A DNA stretch of 63,068 nt, counting the filler, from Intoshia linei (taxonomy: Eukaryota; Animalia; Orthonectida): assembly GCA_001642005.1 (NCBI GenBank). It is 3 parts of 3 records of this genome, joined end to end, with 100 filler letters (N's around TTAATTAATTAA, not from the genome) between each part and the next. Parts side by side here need not be neighbours in the genome. Positions count along the whole stretch, not along the records: positions 1 to 31,870 come from LWCA01000333.1; positions 31,971 to 59,008 come from LWCA01000449.1; 1 more part is not named here. One strand, given 5' to 3'. Shown piece after piece: positions 24,527-37,094 of the stretch (positions are counted from its first letter, which is position 1; every line of letters begins with the position of its first letter). The position numbers and the translations under genes were made by a program. Under the pieces are notes generated by a model. The model did no database searches. It saw nothing but the letters and a program-made list of their open reading frames with translations, and was not told the origin of the DNA.

Positions 24527-25600
24527 ATATCGGATAATGTATCATAAACTAATGTACTATAAACTCAATGTATAAAGTAATCAATGCCAATTTAAATCAA
24601 TTTATTACCTTTAATATATTGTAGTAAATTCCTATACTGAGTAATTTACGCGCATTGATAATTGACAAGTAATAAAATGATAGCGTTGTTATAGATAAAT
24701 ATAAATGTATGTAAAATAAATAATTGTTTAGAAATGAATCAAATTGTGTACAAAAGATAAATATGACTTAACTAGATTTCTTAGATATTACAATTAACGC
24801 AACTGGATCAGAAATCTGTTACTGCGCAGTTTAATGTTGAATATTACAACAAAGTTATACATTTATTTATACACCAATCTTTGCGTTTATACGTTTTGAG
24901 TCGTAACTCTATAAAATTTTAATTTTTTTGTTAGTTTATAAAATCATAAATATAATTCAATGGAAAGTGAATCCTGTATCAAAAATTAAAAGACAGTATT
25001 TAATTGTGATTTTTATATTTTAATTTATAGAAATTTTTGAAACAAAGTCATAATCTGATCAAATTGTTTCGATCTATTATTATAATCGTATTATATCTCA
25101 ACCCGCGCGATTTTGGATTACAATCTGAATTAATTATAATGGATAAGCGACAGGATTTTATTGAATTAAGGGGTGTCAAATAGAAAAAGGTTAATAACCC
25201 ATGTTTTAGATTAAACAATAATTTGAATGGAGTCCATTTCATAAAAATCATATTTGTGGGATACAGGTGGTTGTTGAAAGGATGCGTAAATAGTTATAAA
25301 AATAAAATTTTTTCTAATTTTAAAAAAATTGTTTAATTAATTAAAAACTCTTCGCCAAAGTTTGGTTAAATTGACATTCAAATTAATAAAGGTAGATTAT
25401 TGTTATTTGTAGTAAGTCATCGTATTTTTCTACCATTTTGAAAACGCTTTTCTAAGGTATCAAATTTAAAGTAATAGATATATCAATAACGTTTAACATA
25501 CACTTATGTAAATAAACGATTTAATGTAATTTTTTAGTCGATAATCTACTAACTAGAAAAAAATTAAATACATGAAATTTATATATTTTAATAGATAATA

Positions 25601-27942
25601 TCAATTTATAGTAAGAAATCCATTAATTTCATACAGATTATTATTTACTGTTTGTAAAGTGGTTGGCTTGTTTGGTAATTTAGCTAAATAGGCTATTTCT
25701 TCAATATAATATGGTCTAAAATCAACATAGGATTGGGACAGTCGTCCGTTTTCAATTAAAATAGAAAATACAAGAGCGGTGGATTCATCTATATTGTTAC
25801 CCCATATATACAATTTTCTGAGAATATCATTTTTCTAATTGATTTATTAATTAAAAATAAATAAGTGGAATTGTATACACATTGTGTATTACACATATTA
25901 CGTATGTATTAGCTTTACCTTTAGGCAATGGGCTATATCGTAAAGGCCAATACGGTTGATTTCGTTTGAAACTATTGATAATTGTCGTAAATGGGTATTG
26001 TGTTTTGAAAGAGCGTCAGCAATGGCACTTGCACCTTTATCTTTAATTCTATTGTATGATAAATTTAAAACTCTCAAAGGTGTGTTATATCGTAAATATT
26101 CTGCTATACAAATAGCACCAGTTGAAGTAATGGTGTTACAAGAAATGTCTAACCAACACAGATGTGAAGGTTTCAAGTTATCACTACCAAATACACTAAT
26201 TCGATTGAATCGATTCATTAACGATTCAAACATTAATTTAGCTCCAATGTCATCCATATTTGAATTTTGTACGGATAGAACACTTAAAGAACCTGAATTC
26301 TCCAGCATTCTAGCAATGTGAGTGTGATGTTCGGCTTTTACGGATTTAATTAATGGACTTGTCAAATTCAAAGATTTTAAAGTTTTCGAGCCTACTGTGC
26401 TTGTACAAATTGCAATCACCGCACAAATATCGAAATCACAATGGGACAATGATAATGCCTGTAAAGACACATTTATCTAAATGTGAAATTATAAGTGATT
26501 TTCAAAAATAACTCATAATTTGGACCAGGGGTTCCCAAAATGGACGATTTATTCAGTTTTTTTGCATACAATGTAATTTATTTATAAAGCCACGCATTGT
26601 TTCATGTTAATTTTGATGTATTTCAGTATAGTAAAACCAGAATAAACTTTTTATAACTTTTCCATAATCATCCTCGTTGAACGTGAATTCAGTGTTGTAA
26701 TGAATTTATTGACCAAAAATAGGAATAGATGACAAATATTCGACCGTGAAGATTTACGATTAATGTTGACTGACATAAAATCAAAAAATTAGTGGATCAA
26801 CATCAAAGCAATTTTTCACATTAATTATTATAATATTATTATTTTAAAATAAATTGTATACTCTATTTATGCTCGAAAACAGATTTTGTTAAATTTTACA
26901 TGGATAGAGTGGGGCGTTGGTAAATTTTGTGGTTGTAATGGGATATTTTTATAGCAAATTTGGGATCCACTGAGATTAACAGTGACACAGTAATAAATAT
27001 ATCCTTTTTTAATTGACATATTATAATATTATTTTCATCAATATTAAACTAGGACTTTGGAAATATCTCATAATGAGTTTAATCAAAAATAATTGGTTAT
27101 TTATTGAGTAAATTTTTAAATACTTATTATACGACGTAGTCTAAATCCACTGTAAAATTATTGAAAATAATGAAAAATAGTTGTCAGAAAATATAGGTTT
27201 AATTTCATAAGATATAGCCTCTGAGTCAGAGGTCACTTAAAAAATATTTTATTACTTTGAGATTTCTCAAATTGAAACACAAAAATAGGAATACACATGA
27301 GAGACATTAACCTGTCACACACGTACCGTGTTCGGTACGTATAATTTTTTTAAAGAGAAAGTATGATTTTCAACATGCCGAAACTTGTCATATCTATTTC
27401 GACACGTAAAACCTGAAAGGTATACCTGATATATAAAATAATACCTGGAGAGTTTCAGCAATTAACACACCTCCATTGCGACCTATTTTGTTTCCATCGA
27501 GGATGAAATTTGCTAATTTGCAATCTTTTTGTTTCAATCCATTACATATATACGAAAGGCCCACTGAATCAAAATCATTACTTGATAAATCAAGTTTTCT
27601 CAACATATAATTTGATGAAATCAGCTCACTCAGGGCGCGACAACCTTCGTTACCTATCATATTAAATGATAAATCCAATTTGTTTATAAAATTATTATTT
27701 TGAATTGTGTCTAAGAGAGTAAATGCATCATGATCTTTCAATCTAACATTAGGGTATTTTTCGTTACTATATTTGTCCAATTCTTTTCCGTTTAAATTCA
27801 AAGTGTATGGTTTTACGAAAGGCTCATTTTTGTACTTGATAATTTCTCGCTCTAATAATTTATATAAAGAGTCATTGAAACACCTATTTTCTCGTTTACT
27901 AACCGTTTCATACTGTTTTATCATATTGTTTATTGAAGACAT
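25601..27942 (-). CDS. LRRC34: Leucine-rich repeat-containing protein 34
   Basis: RI-like LRRs. LQINVSL..AVIAI..LDISCN..LNLSYNRI..HN..LSIVSNEI..LYIWGN..D..PY...IAYLA is colinear with LRRC34. Confidence 0.9.
26526..26972 (+). mobile_element. Buster/hAT deletion derivative in an LRRC34 intron
   Basis: CAGGGGTTCCCAAA ... TTTGGGATCCACTG TIRs; internal remnant VEREFSVVMNLLTKNRNR..DLRLML. TSD is not clean. Confidence 0.7.
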
Positions 27943-27963
27943 AATAAAAATCAAAATAAATGT

Positions 27964-29859
27964 TTATTGTTGCGAAGAAATACAATACCATTCAGAAGCT
28001 TTTTTTGATTAAAGTCAAAACGGTACAGTACGATTCTATGTCTTTGGTTCTGACATATTCATTCTTCAAATTTATTTTATTTTTTCCTCCTTGAGGTTTA
28101 AAACAATCGAGAGATGCCCTGATTAAGTTGTATAATTTATCACAAGTGCATTTAAAATCATTCAACTAAAATCGTAATTTTAAATTTGTGCCAATTAAAT
28201 TTACCTTTGACAAGCTTGCATCTTGATATGTTTCAAATTTCGCGTAACCTTCAGTAATCACCAAATTCAGTTCATTGCATTTACCAATAATGGAAGAATA
28301 TTCAACATTTGAATTTGCTTTGAGTTCGGTAATAACAAAAGAAAATTTTTCCATGACTTGAGTCATGTACAATATCATTTCATTTTTTAAAGGAGATGAA
28401 AATTGGAGCGTATTTTTCAACCTCAACAAAAGAATAACAGACAAAAATAAAATAAAAATAGCTGAAAAGAGCATAAATGGCTCATACAACAGATACCAAC
28501 GTTTAAAATTGTATTGAATCTATGAAACGAAAAAGTTTTATATTAATTTAAATTCTCAAATACCGTAATTTCCTTCATGTGAGATTTCACAATATTTTTC
28601 ATATTGAATACTATGACGGTTCGACCGTAATAGTCCAAGTATATTTTTAAAATGTCGTCTTTCAACCTTTTTAATCCAACAATGTTATTGGGAAGAACAC
28701 GTATATTGCTAAATAAAATAATGGGTGAATTGAAAAAAATACTATGAAAATTCAGGAATGGCAATACGAATTAATAAATCATCCACAACAAATGATTGAG
28801 CATGAATATCCATAAGTGGTAATTTTAATATACGGGTATCTATAAAAAAATACACAAAAATATTAAATGTATATAACCTTCCTTTACTGACAACCAACTT
28901 CCAGTATCGAGATAGTAACCTAACAAAAATTCAGATTTCCATCCACCGTAGAGTGGGTATCTTGTGTTCATTCTGATTTCTGTATAAGAAGGATAATGAA
29001 CAATAGAACTGGTAGAAATATTCCCAATGTCATCTTTATAATAAATGTTGTTAATCTTCTTGGGGAGCTTAGCCAAAATTGTCTCAATCACCTGCCCATT
29101 GCGAGTTGGGTTTTGATCAAAATCTAATCTTGAAAATCCACCTTTCAAAATAGCGCCCGCGTGAACCATTTCAACCTTGTTCTCCACCATAATATTTGTC
29201 CAATGAGAAATATCGATTCGTCTAACTATACTGGTTATTTTGACAAATTTGTCGGTTACTTCAAAATAGATTATCAAATCCTTCAACTCGGTTAAAGCTT
29301 CTTGCCGGCTATCAAGTTGATATAAAAGTTTGTTTGTTTTTCTAGTTAAAGATGGATGCTTTGTGTACTCCTTAAGAATACCACCCGGTAAAATAATTTC
29401 AACAAACTGTTGGTTGATGGCATACGCAGAATACACAAACAAACTATATTTAAATAACGCAAATTGACTTTCCATCTGACTAATATGTGTTGGGCTGAAC
29501 ACTAAAACGTTGATATATACAGATTCCACAATAAGATTGATTTTTGAATTTGCTCCATGGTTCAAAAAAGAAAATTCTATACAATCTTTGTTAGTAGAAA
29601 TAGAATACTTGATAGTCTTGTTGGATTGGTTGGTCTTTACTTTGATATAAGCAACATTCTTGATTGAATCGGGAACATAGCAATACATAAATTTTGCATC
29701 CACCCTATTCATTACTACTGTTATATGATCTGTTAATTCAACATTTTGACTTTTCAGATTAATTTTACGGACAACTTTGTTGATGGAAAAATCTTCACAT
29801 GACACAATATTCGACAAAATTACAATAAATAATAGAATATATTTTACTCTGTCATACAT
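27964..29859 (-). CDS. RPN1: Ribophorin I (oligosaccharyltransferase subunit)
   Basis: Signal peptide; RRIDISHW.NI.VE, GAILKGGFSRLDF, YYKDDIGNISTS, RYPLYGGWK, YLDYYGRTVI, LYEPFML TM segment. Confidence 0.95.
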
Positions 29860-31870
29860 TTTCACAATAAATTACACGTTTTCGTTAACAACCAATATTG
29901 TTACTGAATTTATCATAATAATTTATTTTTATTAAAATTTTTACAATATCGTACAATTCTAATTGTCCCTTTATGATATAAATAATATAATTTGTAAACT
30001 TGGGTAACGAACAGCATACTAAATATAATAATTTGTTAACAAATCCTTTTATAATTTATTTAAGTTTGGGCACAAGAAAAATTTCACTAAAGTTATAGTT
30101 TTACAAATTTGTTAAAGTAATTTCTAAGTGTTAGATTGCACGGAACCTATATAATAAAATGTATATGTTTAAAATTTAACCTCTAGTAACTTGATTCAGG
30201 TTACAATATTTGCTTATATATTTTTAAAGTTGTGTTTCTTTTAATCATTACAAGAAACCAAAAATTTTTTTAGAATCTAATGGAACACTGGATAAAACTG
30301 TTTTGGTAAATTTAGTTTTTATGTAATAATTAAAAATAAATTTTGTTTAGTTGTTAAATCTGGAATCCAGATTCTGCATTTGTAGACTTTTTAGGGAGTC
30401 CGCGAAAAATTTGGTTACTATAAAATAATTACCTTTTTAAATTTAAATAGCTTCTAATTATATTCACCAATCGTATTTACATACCTTTTAACCCCTATAT
30501 CATTTTTAAAATTGAAGGCATAGGACTACTCATTCATCAAAAATATACAATAATCTCACTTTAATTTGCCAAAAGTAAAAATAAAATTAATTAATACTTT
30601 TTAAAGAAAATTAGTAAAAGCATTCTGTTTGTGATTAAAATACTTATATTTTCTTCAATAGTACCAATTGCATACATGTCTCAATGACAATATAAATTTT
30701 AAAACACAATTTATACAACACTCTATATCTATAATTATAGATATAGATTATAATCTATACAACATATATGTTGTAAAAACACTGAATTAAAATGAACAGT
30801 GTTTATTTAACACTGATTATGATTATCTTGAATTTCAAGATTCCATCATTAAAATAATAAAGTGTATGTTTATATTAACTTACATAGTTACGTTACTAAA
30901 TAAACTAATTTATATTGAATATTATCGAGAGAAATATCGAAAGAATTGAAAAAAAAGAAAACTTGAATAATTCTTTAGAAATTTAACATATGTAAGTTTG
31001 ATTATAAATAAATATTATGTGTAACTTTTATCAATAATATATAATAACAAACTAAATGTATTTATGGAGTAGCCTAATAATTTATACCGTATATTATTTT
31101 TCAGATATTCATAAAAATTTTATGGCTTCACGAATAAACATTATTTGTATACTGTAAATCACAATTGTATACAACTTAATGCACTGTTATATTGCTTTTA
31201 AATTTTAATATATTTAATTTATTGCTGTTGAGATAATGATGCTATAATTATATTTTTGCAGTTTTAAATTAATTAAGGTTTACACACGAATTTTCATAAT
31301 CGTCTTCTATCATGGGAGTGAGCATATTAAAGTTGAATATATTAATCTTTAACAGTATAATTCAATATTAGTGTTATTTTATAAGAATATAGTAATCCGT
31401 TCATTCAAAAAGTGTACAACTCTTATTTTTATTAAAAATGTATCTGATGTATTTGTAGTTTTATATTAAAACTAGATTTGAAATATTTGTTATTTATTTG
31501 TTGGTTTATAAAATATATATGCTAACCGCAATATCTTTTTTGAAGAATGCAAAAGTAGCCATCGGAAGACGATTGATTCTGCGTATGTTTAGAATATTCA
31601 TTTATGATTTTGTGACAACGTTATGAGCAATTTAAAAAAGATTCCACTAACTACATAATGATAATATAAAATCCATAATGACACAAGAAATGGGTACTAT
31701 TGTACACAATAGAAAAATATCTAACAATTACTATTTTTAGTTTCACCAATTTATTATTATGTCATTAACCCATATACTCCCAGACAAATTTTTCCAAATT
31801 TTTGGCAAAATCGAAGCCAAAAATTTGGGAAGTTAATACATACTTGCCTATTTCTCACCATATATAATTT

Positions 31871-31970
31871 NNNNNNNNNNNNNNNNNNNNNNNNNNNNNN
31901 NNNNNNNNNNNNNNTTAATTAATTAANNNNNNNNNNNNNNNNNNNNNNNNNNNNNNNNNNNNNNNNNNNN
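31871..31970. other. Assembly gap with artificial TTAATTAATTAA linker
   Basis: N-run, six-frame-stop 12-mer, N-run. The same structure occurs at 59009-59108. Confidence 0.95.
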
Positions 31971-32198
31971 TTTTCATAGTAATAACAAACATAAATCAAA
32001 TACAGGTATGTCTCAATTTTTTTCAGGAAATCCCGGAAATTATTAAATATCCCGGGAATTTTGTCCCGGTTTTTTTCCCGCCACAATCACTAGACTAAGT
32101 TAGAGTGGATGCTTTTGAAATTTAAGCATATTATGCTTAAAATAAATTAAAACCTTAATATTTTGAAATATCAAAAATCTTTAATTTCTAATGAATTA

Positions 32199-33130
32199 CA
32201 GTCAAACCTTAATTTAACGAACACTTTATTTAACGAACAGCATGATAAACCTATCTGTTAACGAACAAACTTTTTCGAAAATAAAAAAAAATTATTTATT
32301 TTTATTGAGGACAAACGCATGTTTGTTAATTTTGCAACCGCTGAAATCGAAAAACTAGTATATGAGTGGTTTGTTCGATTGAGATCGAAAAATTTTATTA
32401 TTTCAGGAAATATCATTCAAACAATGACTCTTAAAATTGGGAAACGGCTAAAAAAACCAATTTCAGAGCTTCAAATGGTTGGTTTTCCTGTTTTCAAAAA
32501 CGTCATAATATTCGTTCTCGTGTTATTAGTGATGAGGCAGGTCTTGTTAATACAATGAATTTGAATTTTTTTAAATTAATTTTTTAATTTTTTAGAAGTA
32601 AAAAAGAGAAATATAGTTCTATTGACATTGATAATTGAGACAGGCCTGTTTTTCAAAAATTCTAATTCTAGAACATACGTTTTATCAAATAGTAATAAAT
32701 CTTGTGGAAAATAATGAAAATGTCACAGATGAATTCTCTGCGTATGATGAAAACGACTATAGTGACAATGAATTCATCGATTCTTTGATACCGCACATAG
32801 AAGAAAACACCAATCATAAAGACAAAATTGATTATTCTACCTGTAGTGAAATCGACATAGAAGATGACATTATATCTAGAATATATTGATAAACTAGAAA
32901 AATTATTTATTTTTGATGAGTTGAATGACTTAATCGCATTACAAACCGTGAAAAAAATTATATTAAAAAAAAACCCAAAACAATATGTGATTTTTATAAT
33001 AATATATATAATAATTTATAATAATAATGAATTCATTTTTAATTAATTTATTATTATTATTCGTTAACTTTTTTTTAACGAACAAGAAATTTTAATGGAA
33101 GTTGCTGTTCGTTAAATTGAGGTTTAACTG
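32199..33130 (+). mobile_element. pogo/Tigger-like element, internally deleted
   Basis: 25-bp TIR CAGTCAAACCTTAATTTAACGAACA (2 mismatches) with TA flanks. CENP-B HTH remnant EIEKLVYEWF..ISG..FRASNGWF..KRHNI and an ETGLF remnant. Confidence 0.9.
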
Positions 33131-34495
33131 TAATATATAAAATTTCTAATAATTTATTTTGGGTATATATTTTCTAGATTAGAAAATAATTTAGTTTATT
33201 TAACTTTGTTGGAAAATTGAGTACAGTACTATACAATGTACACTGTACAGTTTATAAATAGAATTGTACTTTCAAAAATACATTATAAAATTACGATAAA
33301 AAAAATAATTAGAACAAATTTTATAATATAAAATATACTTTAAATGTATTATGTACATGCTAATTTTATTTCATGTTTAATTTGTTTTTATTTAAATTTT
33401 TATTTTCGTGTATTTAGCTTACAATACCCACCTAAATCGGGTTGCACTGTAATACCAACAAATGTAATATGATAATGTAATGCAAAATTTTAAGTATTTA
33501 ATGAAAAATTGGATAAGTTACAATAACCTTTAAAAATTGGACAACCCCAATTTTTCGAAACTTTTAGGAAAAAATAGTGCCCCAAACCGAGGTCCGACTG
33601 TATTCTATATCGACTGATATTTTTTCTTTGTTGACTTTTAGTGAATCGTAAGGTTTTTTACTTCGTAAAGTGGTCCATTGCTATAAAAAATTGCCGACCA
33701 TTGATCAATTAAAGAAACTGAGAAAAACATTAGATTTAGAATGTATTTGATTAAATGCATATTCTGATAAATAATGTTATACATTTTAATTTAAATAGAA
33801 ATTTATGAACTGAAATAACCCGTAATTTTGATTATAATTGCAAGTTACTGATCTGTGATACAGAATTTATGTTATTTTAAATAACGGGTTACCAAACTCA
33901 TTTTGCCTACCGTCCCTAAATATAGAGCAGTGTTCCACATTTTTTCAGCTAACGCCCCTTTAGATGAAAATATTTTTAACAAAGCTGAAACTTACAAGGA
34001 TTGTTAAAAGTATTATACTTTATACATACTTTATGTATATAAATTGTATAATTATCTTTATACATGTACATTGTACAAATTATTTGATATTAAGAATAGT
34101 CTAATGGACTCGTCAATGACGAATTTTTAAAAAATTTATTTAAAATGCTGCACAATATCTAATGATTATTTATTTAGATGGTATTCGATTATATTTTTCA
34201 GAATACTGGGTAATACATACAATATCGGCTATAACACTATTTGGATCAGCATGTATGTTATACATTTTGGGAAATTACGTTGAAAAATTAGAAAGTAAAA
34301 TAAATAATGGTAAAACATCTTTAATTAAAATGTAACATTTTAGAATGTTCTGAAATTGTTGATACATAAATTTATGAATTTGGCAATATTAATTAAATTT
34401 TCATCACTTAATTGTAAAACGTTTATACAGCTTGTATAAAAGTTTTATTTGTACTATAAATTTATCCAAGAACTGAAAGTAAAACAAATATTGTC

Positions 34496-36454
34496 ATGAA
34501 ATTATCTAAAACCATAGATGGATCCTATGGAATTTTAATAATATTCGCGGCTTACATTTTCTATTTCATAACGGACGGTTGGGCATTTAGCCTGCCATTA
34601 ATATTTAAATTAATTAAACAGCGATTTGGCATTGAAGACTCAAATATAAACATATTTTCTACCTTGATTTTCGCTATTCCATCACTGTCTGGTACGTTGT
34701 TTCTTAAAAATTATTTATAATTTCTTAGCCATATTTATATGCGGTCTGATTAAAAAAACAAACTATAGGTTTTGTGCGATTATGGGAACACTCATATTTT
34801 CAATACCGTTAATGTGCTATCCTGCATACAAAAATTGGACAACAACTCTATGCTTAATTAGTATAGTTTCAAGTTTTGGAATTGGATTATTCTACATGGT
34901 GGCTTATTTAAGCATTATAAATTTTTTTGATAAAAGGCAAGGCATAGCACTCTCTTTTACTACACTAGGATCTGCATCTGGAGGAATCGCATTTCCGTTT
35001 ATAATTCATCACACTTATGATAAATATTCTGATAAATTTCTATTAGTTATTGCAATTCCGATTTTGATAATATGTGCATTATTGTCATTCATTTTTTGTT
35101 TACCTACTAATAATGTCAAAATAGCAGCATATCGAAGGGAAAGTGTGCTAAGAATGCCAATTCAAATAATTAAATCGCAAAATATGATTTCTAAAATTTT
35201 TAATGTTCTATATTTACATATATTCAAAATAAAAAAACTAAATTTTTTTTTTCTCTCTATAATTATGCTGTCTTTAATTCTTTCTAACGGGTTTATATAC
35301 GTTGCTCTGCATTTAGAAATGTTTTTGGATCAAGAATACATTACAAAACATAGTAATATACTTTCAACTATTCTTTCATGTATGTCCCTCTCTAGAGGGT
35401 TTGGTTTACTTATCATAGGCTTAATTATTGATTATACAAGAATTTCATATTTTATAATATTTTCTTTTTGTCTCTTTATTATTGGAATGTGTTATTTAGC
35501 TATGGCTGTAACAACCAACTTTTATCTCCTTGTCACATTGTATGCCGTATATGCTTTTTTTTATTCATCATTTTATATGCTACCAGTTTTTTGTATTGGT
35601 ATGCTCTGCAGAAATGTTGATGTGGCTTTGTCTTATACATTTGTGTTCAACGGTATAGCTACAATTGTTGGAGGAAAAATTTCAAGTGATTATTACATTC
35701 AGAGCCGAACCTAGTAAACTCGAAACCACCGAAAATGAAATATAGGCCCTGAAATTTGATGAGGTCCCTATATTATAAAAATTTCGTCTAGGTTTCCGAA
35801 TAGTGTCTCGGGTACGATAGGTTCGGCACTGATTATATTTGTTATATATATATATATAAGTATACTGTACTTAGTACAGTGTATACCACCGCAAATTCAT
35901 AAAATTTTTCACAAACTCCATATATTTATATCATATCTATGTGATATCATTTTTTCATAATATGGATAAAATATTGCATGTTACAAAAATAAAAAGATAT
36001 AACCAGAGACTTGGAAATATGACGTTTACTCATACCTGTTCCATAATTTTTTTTACCAGTTTTGATAATACAATGTAATAATAATAATTCCAATTCAATG
36101 TAGACGGTACTGGAATATATTTACTTCTCTCAAAGTATTTCTATGCTTAATGTTTAATAATTATTAATGTGTTAATATTTTTGAGGCGTGCTTTATTTCA
36201 ACGACTACTGTAATTGTTGTGAGTAGTATTAATTTTTAAATTGTGGTTTCGAAGGTAGGCCCAATGATTCAGTGACCCGTACCAATTTATTGTACATTAA
36301 ATTATTATTTTTAGGCATAATACACGACAATTATCAAGATTATTATTTTACTTATTCTTTCAGTGGAGCTGTTATGCTTATATCTTCTTATATGCTAATC
36401 TTGTTGGGAATAAATCAAAAACAACTGTTTACGAGAAAAATAGCCAAAACTTAG
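34496..36454 (+). CDS. MFS transporter, SLC16/monocarboxylate-transporter-like
   Basis: DGSYG N-terminal motif, FFDKRQGIALSF..GSASG, many TM segments, last exon GIIHDNYQDY..F..SG. Confidence 0.85.
35700..35831. mobile_element. Short hAT-type MITE in the transporter intron
   Basis: TIR CAGAGCCGAACCTA / TAGGTTCGGCACTG; TSD ATTACATT / ATTATATT. Confidence 0.8.
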
Positions 36455-37094
36455 TAATATATGATTATATAAGTGTATAAAGTGCTCCATGTGAAGACAT
36501 ATACCGCTAGCGGACTATGAAAAAAATTTGAGGTAGATTAAAAAAATTAAAGTGATTGAGGGATCATTGGGAGTCTGATCTGAAATTTTTTTTTTTATTC
36601 TATAATATATTTATTAATAATTATTTAGTAGGGGCCATGAGATTTTTATATTGCAAGTTGGTGGCACGACGAAAAATATTTCGCTACTTTTGTGGTACAG
36701 AGTGACTACTGGTTAGCCCTTTTCTCATAGCCCCATATATATTTTTAAATACCATTTTGGTATAACCTATCATAAATACCAATCTGTATGTATAAAATTT
36801 CAATTAATACAGTCTAAGTCCTTATTAAATGAATTTTTATTAGCGGAAATTCTATTTTAACAGAATTTATATGAATTTTATGAGAATTTCATGAACCCCA
36901 AAAAACTGATGTGAATCTGACCGGTTGATAATGTTTTGTATATATTACTTCGAAATGTTACATGACTCGTGTATTATTAAAAAACTCATAATAACAAAAA
37001 ATATAACTATTTAATGGTTTTTATTTAAATAAAATTCCATTAATAAGGACTTTTAAATAAGTAAATAAGGACTTATTAAATAATAAGGACTCTA

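Noticed and set aside
25956-26321. Antisense ORFs in the track (for example 25956-26321, 46315-46650, 14541-14801, 52132-52398)
   Set aside because: They are shadow ORFs of real genes on the opposite strand.
30722-30760. TATATCTATAATTATAGATATA hairpin
   Set aside because: Low-complexity AT palindrome, expected by chance or slippage.
31915-31926. TTAATTAATTAA palindrome between N-runs, also at 59053-59064
   Set aside because: Artificial six-frame-stop scaffolding linker, not biological.
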